Shown here piece after piece: positions 50,286 through 58,004 of a stretch of 64,000 nucleotides of DNA. A program made the translations under genes and the position numbers. Every line of letters starts with the position of its first letter. Position 1 is the stretch's first letter. The stretch is from the NCBI GenBank assembly GCA_027038175.1, contig JALVYB010000003.1, positions 8,438-72,437 on the forward strand. Reading direction: 5' to 3'. Source of the stretch: a candidate division WOR-3 bacterium. Lineage in GTDB: Bacteria; Hydrothermota; Hydrothermia; UBA1063; CAJXJZ01. The notes under the pieces are model-generated. The model worked only from the letters and a program-made list of their open reading frames with translations. It searched no databases and had not been told where the DNA came from.

Positions 50286-52004
50286 ATGTTAAAAGCGTTA
50301 TTCGCACCCTCAGGAGAGGACTGGAAAAAACTTGAATCCCTTTACGAAGAAACCTTAAAAACAGGTGAACCCGCAGTAAGCGTGTATGTGGATAAAAATA
50401 AGGAAGGGACATTTTTGAAAGCGCTTGTTGCTGCCCAGGATTGGGCAGGTCTTGTGGATACAGTTGCAGGAGCATTACACGAAAAGGGGTATAACCTTGA
50501 ATACCTGAATTCTTTTAGTGTTAAAGAAGATAACAGGCTAATGGGCGTGGTCATTGCTCTCTCCGATGTATCACAAAAAGATATAAAAACAGTGGAGTAC
50601 GACGCAACGATACTTAAAAACTTCATCAAGGAAATAGCCACAGGTGGGTATCGAATCAAAAAGGTAATGGTCCTCGGCTTTGAAAAACTTTTTATAATGC
50701 TTGAAATAGAAAGAGCCCTCAGAAAACTTGTAAGCAAAAAAGAACTTGATGAAATCATCGGTCAAAACGGAGAACTATTCTATTTTGTGGTATCACGCTC
50801 TGAAGCCTATTTGAAGGAAAGGACCCCTACTGCCCTTGCTAAAATCGTAGAATTTAATTATAGAGCCATCAAGAAACTGAGAGAGGTGGGAAGAGGGCTT
50901 AAAGTTTTTGTTCATAATTTACGTACAAGAAAAGGAGAAAACTTAACGGGTGTTTCTGTAGCAGGTTTCGAAAGAGACATATCAATGGACGATGTTTTTG
51001 ACGCTATAAGAACACTTTACCCTCATTTTGTGAGGATGTATGATAAGCAATTTACCACTGACGATGGTATCACGGTTATCAGAGTAGAATTTTTTAAAGA
51101 AGGTAAAAAACCTGTTAAAAAGAATGAACTTGAACTACTTAAAAACCACCTCGAATCAACCCTAAAGCATAAAAGACCAAGAACTCCTCTTAATATCAAC
51201 TTAGGTCCGGAATTATTTGGGAGGGTTGTGATTCCCAAACTAATTGAAGAGGTGCAATCGAGTGGAGAGACACAGGTGTACATATTCCCATTTGAAAGAG
51301 ATGAAAAAGGCAACATTCTTATGATGATCGGCGTTGTTGGGAAAAAGGACAGCAAAATAGATTACAGAAAAGCTCTCACAGAAGCCTTCAGCAAATCCGA
51401 CAAATTCGAAATTCAGAACTTCCGGGCATCCTTAAGTCCAAGTACGAGTATAGAAATACAGATAATCACCGTAAAGGCACGTCTCTCATATTTTGAATCC
51501 GAAATAGAACTTTATACAGAACTTAAGAAACTCCTTGAAAGGTCTATCGGGCTTTTTAGAGACTTTGATGAAGGTATGAGGAAATTAGACAGAACAAGAT
51601 TAAACCTCATTATGGAAAACTTTAAGGGAGCACAGATTTCTGAGCGTTTCATTAAATCTTACTACTATTCTCTCGACGTGTTCTACAGAATATCACAACC
51701 TGTGAATAACATTATTGAGGAAATACGGTTTGCACACGACCTTTTTGTAAACTACTTCAAGCACAACCAGAGGATTTCCATATTAGAGGGACATCAAAGG
51801 ATATACATAAGCATTATTGGCAAAGAAAACGAAATAAATCTCCACAGAATACTCGATATGTTTACTCCATTCAACCCTACGTTTACACGTCTTGATATTT
51901 TTGGCGTGGTACTCTATACGTTTAACTTCCTTCTTAAAGATGAAGAAAAGAAAAAAGAATTGCAAAAGATGTATAAAACACTTGAAAAGGAGGTGAGAGG
52001 ATGA
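50286..52004 (+). CDS. hypothetical 572-aa protein with several ACT-like beta-alpha-beta-beta-alpha-beta segments, translationally coupled to fbp
   Basis: Start moved to the ATG at 50286 (MLKALFAPSGEDW...). Segments such as TFLKALVAAQDWAGLVDTVAGALHEKGYNLEYLNSFSV...MGVVIALSD look ACT-like, but this is an impression only. The stop overlaps the fbp ATG (ATGA, 52001-52004). Confidence 0.5.
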   Translation: MLKALFAPSGEDWKKLESLYEETLKTGEPAVSVYVDKNKEGTFLKALVAAQDWAGLVDTVAGALHEKGYNLEYLNSFSVKEDNRLMGVVIALSDVSQKDIKTVEYDATILKNFIKEIATGGYRIKKVMVLGFEKLFIMLEIERALRKLVSKKELDEIIGQNGELFYFVVSRSEAYLKERTPTALAKIVEFNYRAIKKLREVGRGLKVFVHNLRTRKGENLTGVSVAGFERDISMDDVFDAIRTLYPHFVRMYDKQFTTDDGITVIRVEFFKEGKKPVKKNELELLKNHLESTLKHKRPRTPLNINLGPELFGRVVIPKLIEEVQSSGETQVYIFPFERDEKGNILMMIGVVGKKDSKIDYRKALTEAFSKSDKFEIQNFRASLSPSTSIEIQIITVKARLSYFESEIELYTELKKLLERSIGLFRDFDEGMRKLDRTRLNLIMENFKGAQISERFIKSYYYSLDVFYRISQPVNNIIEEIRFAHDLFVNYFKHNQRISILEGHQRIYISIIGKENEINLHRILDMFTPFNPTFTRLDIFGVVLYTFNFLLKDEEKKKELQKMYKTLEKEVRG

Positions 52005-53098
52005 AAATAACCCTCTCAGTAATCAAAGCAGATATAGGTGGTTATGTTGGGCATTCTTCCATGCATCCAAGACTTATGGAAATCGCCGAGGAAGAGTTAA
52101 AAAAAGCACAGGATAATGGTGTTATTATAGATTTCCACGTGCTGCGGGTTGGAGACGACCTGGAACTTATAATGACGCATAATAAAGGCACTGATTCAGA
52201 AGAAATCCATAAACTTGCATGGCACATCTTTGAGAAAGGGACGGAAGAAGCAAAGAAATTAAAACTGTATGGTGCAGGACAGGACCTTTTAAAGGATGCC
52301 TTTTCTGGTAATATTAAAGGGCTTGGCCCTGGAGTGGCTGAAATGGAGTTTGAGGAGAGGCCTTCTGAACCAATAATTATATTCATGGCAGACAAGACCT
52401 CTCCAGGCGCCTGGAACCTCCCTCTTTACCGCATATTTGGGGACCCTTTCAATACCGCAGGTCTTGTAATTGACCCCAAAATGCACGGAGGTTTTCGTTT
52501 TACAGTGTTAGATGTTTATGAGAATAAAAAGGTGGACTTTAACCTTCCTGAAGATACATACGATATGCTTGTGCTGATAGGTGCCATGGAACACTACATA
52601 ATCAAGGAGGTATATAAGAGAGACAACAACGAAATAGCAGCAATAAGTTCTACTCAGAAACTCTCCATGATGGCAGGAAGGTACATAGGAAAAGACGACC
52701 CTGTGCTTATAGTAAGAGCACAATCAGGTTTCCCTGCAGTTGGCGAAATACTGGAACCTTTTGCCTTTCCACATCTTGTAGCAGGATGGATGCGTGGCTC
52801 GCACATGGGTCCCATGATGCCAGTACCGTTCCATGAAGCAAATCCTTCAAGATTCGATGGCCCTCCAAGAGTTATAGCCGCCGGGTTCCAGATTGCAAAT
52901 GGTATGCTTATTGGACCAAGAGACCTGTTTGATGACCCTGCATTTGATGAGGCACGAAAAACAGCAAACATTATATCAGATTATCTTCGCAGACATGGAC
53001 CATTCGAACCACACAGGTTACACTTAAAGGAAATGGAGTATACCACCTTACCCGAAGTGCTGGAAAAATTAAAAGATAGATTTCAGGAACTTTCCTGA
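52001..53098 (+). CDS. fbp: bifunctional fructose-1,6-bisphosphate aldolase/phosphatase (class V FBPase)
   Basis: 365 aa. MKITLSVIKADIGGYVGHSSMHP... N-terminus and overall length are characteristic of the archaeal/deep-branching bacterial enzyme. Confidence 0.9.
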   Translation: MKITLSVIKADIGGYVGHSSMHPRLMEIAEEELKKAQDNGVIIDFHVLRVGDDLELIMTHNKGTDSEEIHKLAWHIFEKGTEEAKKLKLYGAGQDLLKDAFSGNIKGLGPGVAEMEFEERPSEPIIIFMADKTSPGAWNLPLYRIFGDPFNTAGLVIDPKMHGGFRFTVLDVYENKKVDFNLPEDTYDMLVLIGAMEHYIIKEVYKRDNNEIAAISSTQKLSMMAGRYIGKDDPVLIVRAQSGFPAVGEILEPFAFPHLVAGWMRGSHMGPMMPVPFHEANPSRFDGPPRVIAAGFQIANGMLIGPRDLFDDPAFDEARKTANIISDYLRRHGPFEPHRLHLKEMEYTTLPEVLEKLKDRFQELS

Positions 53099-53114
53099 GG
53101 GGGCAAAAGCCCCC
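53099..53114 (+). other. GC hairpin GGGGGC-AAAA-GCCCCC wedged between the fbp stop and the next start codon
   Basis: Begins the base after the TGA (53096-53098) and ends 7 nt before the ATG at 53122. No T-run follows. Confidence 0.5.
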
Positions 53115-53121
53115 TTATCCC

Positions 53122-54756
53122 ATGAACGTTTTTCTTATTTTCCTCTTTAGTGGAATGCTCAGATTCAATAAGTTGTATGTTTCAGGTTCTCATTTTTTTA
53201 AATCCAGGGAAATCAAAAAAATACTCTCCATACGAAAAGGAACCCCATATAACCTTTTGTACCTCAGGAACAGAGAGAAGAGAATAATTGAGTTTTACAG
53301 GGGTTATGGTTTTTTTGACGCAAGGGTCTATGAGAAGAAGGTTGAATTTAAAAAAGACCGGGTTAATATAACTCTTGGGATTGATGAAGGCAAGAGATAC
53401 CGAATAGACACAATTAAAATATCCCCCCGTAAGGTAGTAGAAGAAACAGGGATTTTAAAGCACAAAAACTACAGGAACAAACCATTTTCATACGATATTC
53501 TATCTGAGATAGAGGATTACATTCTTAAGTACTACTCAAATTCAGGCTATCCTTTTGTAACACTTCAGGATAGCATAATTCCTGATAAAATACGTAAAAC
53601 CGTGGATATACAAATAGAAGTTAATACCCAAGATAAGTACTTCATTGACTCAATAATAGTACGAAAGAGGAAGGGAGTAAGAGAAAGTCTCGTTCGAAGA
53701 GTGCTTCTTATACGTAAGGGAGAACTCTTTTCAAGAGGAAAGATATTAAAGAGCCTTAGAGAAATTAATGCTCTTGGTATATACGAGGGAACAACCTATA
53801 CCATCGAAAAGAGCAGTGATTCTACAGTTCACATTATCATTTCAGTTATACCGGCAAAGTCCCGCTTCATAAGACTTTCTGGAGGGTTCAATGTACCAGA
53901 AGAATTCAACGGAATAATAAGAATAGGACATGACAACATATTTGGCAATGCTCAGAAATTAACCCTTCAATACGAATTCCTGAGAAAAATAAAAATCCCA
54001 TTAAGGAGACGGGTAGAGGTATACTATACAGAACCTTTATTTTTGAATACGCGGGTATCCATGCAGGTACATCCATTCTACGTAAGAGACTATGAAATCA
54101 ACAATGAACTATACGGTTTTGATATATCATTATCCAGGAGAATCGGTGACAACTCAGTTATTCGCATGTTTACTGGCTGGAAAAACGTGACCTTTGGCAA
54201 AGAAGAGCAGGGTATTTCAAACTCAGCAATAATAACATACACAGCCAATAGAACAAACAACTTCTTTTTCCCAACCCGTGGTGTAAAATACACCATTAAA
54301 TTACAGCAAACCGGGGGGCTATTAGGAGGTGATTATTCATTTCGTAGAGTTTATTTTTCACAATCTTTTTACCACAGCAAGGAAGGATATGTTCTTGCAC
54401 TTCAGAGCAGTTTTATGTATCAGTGGCCTTTTGGCTCTTCATATTTTATCCCTCTTGATGAGAAATTTCGCATAGGAGGAGACGGTTCCCTCAGAGGTGT
54501 GCAAAGAGACTATATAATGACAGACGGAGGAATCTTATTAAATGCCGAGATTCGAAGAAAAATCACATCATGGTTTGGCATGACTATATTTGTGGATAAC
54601 TTTTACGTGCTTACCGGTATACATGACTTCATTGAAACACCGGGACTGGGCTTGAGGTTCTACACACCTGCAGGTCCCATAAGGCTTGATTTTTCATCCC
54701 CCACTTTTAACCTCAAAGATGTTCACATAAACATAGCAATAGGTGAAATGTTCTGA
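53122..54756 (+). CDS. Omp85-family outer membrane protein (short, POTRA + beta-barrel; BamA/TamA-like)
   Basis: 544 aa. POTRA-like N-terminal repeats (FFKSREIKKILSIRKGTPYN..., RVNITLGIDEGKRYRIDTIKI), barrel region, C-terminal ...INIAIGEMF. Confidence 0.7.
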   Translation: MNVFLIFLFSGMLRFNKLYVSGSHFFKSREIKKILSIRKGTPYNLLYLRNREKRIIEFYRGYGFFDARVYEKKVEFKKDRVNITLGIDEGKRYRIDTIKISPRKVVEETGILKHKNYRNKPFSYDILSEIEDYILKYYSNSGYPFVTLQDSIIPDKIRKTVDIQIEVNTQDKYFIDSIIVRKRKGVRESLVRRVLLIRKGELFSRGKILKSLREINALGIYEGTTYTIEKSSDSTVHIIISVIPAKSRFIRLSGGFNVPEEFNGIIRIGHDNIFGNAQKLTLQYEFLRKIKIPLRRRVEVYYTEPLFLNTRVSMQVHPFYVRDYEINNELYGFDISLSRRIGDNSVIRMFTGWKNVTFGKEEQGISNSAIITYTANRTNNFFFPTRGVKYTIKLQQTGGLLGGDYSFRRVYFSQSFYHSKEGYVLALQSSFMYQWPFGSSYFIPLDEKFRIGGDGSLRGVQRDYIMTDGGILLNAEIRRKITSWFGMTIFVDNFYVLTGIHDFIETPGLGLRFYTPAGPIRLDFSSPTFNLKDVHINIAIGEMF

Positions 54757-55682
54757 TGGAAATACTCCTTATACGACTTTCCTCTCTTGGAGACCTCGTT
54801 ATAATGACCTCAGCCCTTGAATACCTCAAAGATAAAGGGAAAGTTACTCTCATCACGAAAAAGCAGTATTTTGGACTATTTGAAGAAGACCCCAGAGTAA
54901 ATCAACTTTTGGACGAGAGCCAGGTTAATGACCTCAAAAAAACAACTTTTGACATAGCCTGCGACCTCCATGCGAAACCCAAAACATTGCTAATGCTATC
55001 AAAGATAAAGGCGAGAAAAAAGTGTGTTATAAACAAAAACTCCATTCAAAGGCGCCTTGCCGTCTGGTTTAATAAAAAAATCCCCGAAAAACCCCTCTAC
55101 AGACTATATGTAGAGCCCTTTCACCAATACTTTACCCCAAAAACATATCCACTTCCTTCCCTTGTTGCTCACTTTGAAAAGCCCGAAGACCTCCCAGAAA
55201 GGTATGCAGTAATTTCACCTGGCGCCAGCCAGCCACAAAAGAGGTGGCCGCTTGAATACTATCTTGCAATCTCCAGCATGATTTACAAAAACTACGGACT
55301 TTTTTCCGTTTACATAGGCACTGAAGATTTTTCATTGCCACAAGAGGAATATATAGTAAACAGGATGGGAAAATTATCCCTGAAAACACTCATGAACATA
55401 ATCAAATTTGCAAAATTCACTGTCTCAAATGACTCAGGACCTGCTCACATGTCAGCCGCCCTTTCTGTTCCTCTTTTTGTAATTTTTGGACCAACAGTGC
55501 CTGAATTTGGATTCAGACCAGTATCCAACGCCACGGTTGTTGTAATAGAGAGACGTGACCTCTCGTGCAGACCATGTTCACTACATGGAGAGAAAAAATG
55601 TAAATTCGGTGACTTAAGATGCCTCACCAAAATCCATCCTGATACTGTCTTTAGAGAGATAAAAAAAGTGGTTGATTCATGA
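54756..55682 (+). CDS. family 9 glycosyltransferase (LPS heptosyltransferase-like)
   Basis: 308 aa. MEILLIRLSSLGDLV N-terminus and SNDSGPAHMSAAL motif. Confidence 0.8.
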   Translation: MEILLIRLSSLGDLVIMTSALEYLKDKGKVTLITKKQYFGLFEEDPRVNQLLDESQVNDLKKTTFDIACDLHAKPKTLLMLSKIKARKKCVINKNSIQRRLAVWFNKKIPEKPLYRLYVEPFHQYFTPKTYPLPSLVAHFEKPEDLPERYAVISPGASQPQKRWPLEYYLAISSMIYKNYGLFSVYIGTEDFSLPQEEYIVNRMGKLSLKTLMNIIKFAKFTVSNDSGPAHMSAALSVPLFVIFGPTVPEFGFRPVSNATVVVIERRDLSCRPCSLHGEKKCKFGDLRCLTKIHPDTVFREIKKVVDS

Positions 55683-55698
55683 GCATTTTACTTACTTC

Positions 55699-55727
55699 TT
55701 GCTGTGCCATAAAGGTGGGTATATAAT
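55699..55727 (+). promoter_or_regulatory. promoter TTGCTG-17nt-TATAAT placed 9 nt before the ATG at 55737 (leaderless/near-leaderless candidate)
   Basis: TTGCTG 55699-55704, 17-nt spacer, TATAAT 55722-55727, ttcaaagac, ATG. No SD. Confidence 0.55.
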
Positions 55728-55736
55728 TTCAAAGAC

Positions 55737-56288
55737 ATGGGGAGGGTTAGAGAACCACAAAAGGTATTACTTTTCTCAGGCATAATAACACAGAAGGATT
55801 ATGCAGAAATTGCTGTGGAAATATTGAGAAATACATTTGGAGATATAGCACTTTCAACTCCTTACATTCCCTTTATTCACACTGATTATTATGAAAAGGA
55901 AATGGGCAAAGGTCTTCTGAGGAAATGGGTTGCCTTCTCAAAATTAATTTATCCCCACGAAATATCCGATATAAAACATATTACAAACCGTATTGAAGAT
56001 GAATATAGTAATGAATCTGGTAGAGTGTTTAATCTTGACCCCGGCTATGTTTCCCTTCAAAACATGGTCCTTGTAACCACAAAAAGTTATTCCCATAGAA
56101 TATATTTGATGAAGGGAATATATGGGGAGGTCACACTTATATACCGAAAAAAACAGGGGTTTTTACCTCTTGAATGGACGTATCTTGACTATAAAGAAAA
56201 CATTGCTCTTGATTTCTTTAACAGAGCAAGGGACATACTAAAAGAAATGTTAAAAAAGGAGAAAAGCCATGCTCAAATCAATGAATGA
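55737..56288 (+). CDS. DUF4416-like protein
   Basis: 183 aa. PQKVLLFSGII...PFIHTDYYEKEMG...FNLDPGYVSLQNMVLVTTKSYSHRIYL..GIYGEVTLIY matches my memory of DUF4416. Not verified. Confidence 0.6.
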   Translation: MGRVREPQKVLLFSGIITQKDYAEIAVEILRNTFGDIALSTPYIPFIHTDYYEKEMGKGLLRKWVAFSKLIYPHEISDIKHITNRIEDEYSNESGRVFNLDPGYVSLQNMVLVTTKSYSHRIYLMKGIYGEVTLIYRKKQGFLPLEWTYLDYKENIALDFFNRARDILKEMLKKEKSHAQINE

Positions 56289-57159
56289 CCTTATTGAACT
56301 TGCAAGAAGCAAAGGCAAAAAAAGAATTGCTGTGGTTTATCCTGTATCAGAAGAGGTTATAAAAGGACTTAAGATGAGTGAGGAACTTGCCTATCCAGTA
56401 TTATTCGGAGACACGAATAAGATAAAAGCAATTGCTGAAAAAGTAGAACTTAAAGATTTCGAAGCTTATCATGCTGAAACACCATGGGAAGCAGCCTATA
56501 AGGCTATTAGTTTCATAAGAGAAGGGAAGGCCGATTTCCTTATGAAGGGAAAAATATCCACTCCAGATTTCCTGCGTGCCGTGCTGGACAAAGAGCACGG
56601 GCTAAGGTCTGGTAAGTTACTTTCTCACATAGCCGTCCAGGAAGTTCCAGGCTATGAAAAACTTGTTTTTCTTACAGATGCCGGGATGAACATACGTCCA
56701 GACCTTAAAACAAAAACCGAGATTCTTAAAAACGCAATACAGGTATTGAATAACCTGGGATATAAAGAGATAAAAGCCGCGGGGCTCGCCTCAATTGAAC
56801 AGGTTTCTGAAAATATGCCAGAGACCGTTGATTATGCTGTTCTTTCGAAGATGGCAGAAAGGGGCGTATTTGGTAAAGACTTTGTGTTCGACGGCCCTCT
56901 GGGGTTTGACATAGTGGCAAACAGAGAGGCTGCCATGATGAAGGGCATAAACTCGCCTGTAACAGAAGAAGCAGATATCTGGCTCTGTCCAGACGTTGCA
57001 TCAGGGAACATTCTTTCAAAAGCCCTGATATACTTTGCTGGAGCAAAGGTTGGGGGTATAGTGGCAGGAGCAAAAGCACCTGTAATTTTGCTTTCCCGTT
57101 CGGACACACCTGATAGAAAACTCTATTCTATAGCATTCGGGATTGCTGCCCTTGGATAG
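56269..57159 (+). CDS. ptb: phosphate acyltransferase of the Pta/Ptb family (phosphate butyryltransferase-like)
   Basis: 296 aa. KRIAVVYPVSEEVIKG, ADFLMKGKISTPDFLRAVL, LTDAGMNI, PVILLSRSD. Confidence 0.75.
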   Translation: MLKSMNDLIELARSKGKKRIAVVYPVSEEVIKGLKMSEELAYPVLFGDTNKIKAIAEKVELKDFEAYHAETPWEAAYKAISFIREGKADFLMKGKISTPDFLRAVLDKEHGLRSGKLLSHIAVQEVPGYEKLVFLTDAGMNIRPDLKTKTEILKNAIQVLNNLGYKEIKAAGLASIEQVSENMPETVDYAVLSKMAERGVFGKDFVFDGPLGFDIVANREAAMMKGINSPVTEEADIWLCPDVASGNILSKALIYFAGAKVGGIVAGAKAPVILLSRSDTPDRKLYSIAFGIAALG

Positions 57160-57847
57160 ATACACTATATATAAGTACGATACAGTTGATTCCACAAACG
57201 ATAAGGCGTGGGAACTACTTGTAGAAAAGAGAATAAGATTGCCATTTGTAGTAAGAGCAAAGAAACAGAGATATGGCAGGGGAAGATACGGTAGAAGATG
57301 GGTTTCAGAAGAAGGGGGGCTCTTCCTATCTATAGCAGAGAAAGATAGGCTCAATAATGAACTTCTGGTATGCACCACCCTTGCGATCTACAATGTGCTC
57401 AAAAAATATGGCATAGAACCTCGTATTGTGTTACCAAATGATGTTTATGCTACCCATGGTAAAATTGCAGGAATACTTGTTGAAAGAAGAGGAGCATATA
57501 CTATAAATGGCATAGGTATAAATGTTAATCAGACATCATTCCCGGAGATTGATAGAAAGGTAACATCAATGCTTATAGAAACCGGCAAGAAACAGGATTT
57601 AGACGCACTGTTTTATGACTTTCTCGATGAATACTTCCATCTCGATTTTAACTATGCCTTCCCCATATGGCGGGAACTCGTCCTCAAAACAAACAGTAAA
57701 ATAAAGATATTTACAAGAATCTTCACGGGACGATATGACCTGAGAGAAATTGATAGAGACTTAAACCTTTATATGGAAAACCTACCCCACGGGAAATCAT
57801 ATGTGAATTTATTTGATGTCATAAAAATTGACACAAATAACACGTAA
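57143..57847 (+). CDS. birA: biotin--[acetyl-CoA-carboxylase] ligase (class I, no HTH)
   Basis: 234 aa. DTVDSTND, QRYGRGRYGRRW (GRGRxGRxW motif). TTG start from the track, overlapping the ptb end; start uncertain. Confidence 0.8.
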   Translation: MLPLDRYTIYKYDTVDSTNDKAWELLVEKRIRLPFVVRAKKQRYGRGRYGRRWVSEEGGLFLSIAEKDRLNNELLVCTTLAIYNVLKKYGIEPRIVLPNDVYATHGKIAGILVERRGAYTINGIGINVNQTSFPEIDRKVTSMLIETGKKQDLDALFYDFLDEYFHLDFNYAFPIWRELVLKTNSKIKIFTRIFTGRYDLREIDRDLNLYMENLPHGKSYVNLFDVIKIDTNNT

Positions 57848-57949
57848 ATTTAAGTCCTATATCTATCAATAGGTTAGAACAAAATTACTCCTGGCACTTT
57901 ATCAATGATTATTCAAAACATTAGATTTTACGGGCCATCCGAAGGTGTG

Positions 57950-57978
57950 TTGACACAATACATACCTTGCATAATAAT
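57950..57978 (+). promoter_or_regulatory. candidate promoter TTGACA-17nt-AATAAT for nrdJ
   Basis: TTGACA 57950-57955, 17-nt spacer, AATAAT 57973-57978, leader with AAGGAG before the ATG at 58005. Confidence 0.4.
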
Positions 57979-58004
57979 CTAATCACACCAAAAGGAGCAT
58001 TAAA

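Noticed and set aside
57848-58004. Possible NrdR box, cobalamin riboswitch or sigma54 promoter (TGGCAC at 57893) upstream of nrdJ
   Set aside because: The CCTATATCTATCAATAGG palindrome does not fit the ACACwAtATaTwGTGT NrdR box. The leader is far too short for a cobalamin riboswitch. TGGCAC is followed by tttatCAAT rather than N5-TTGC.
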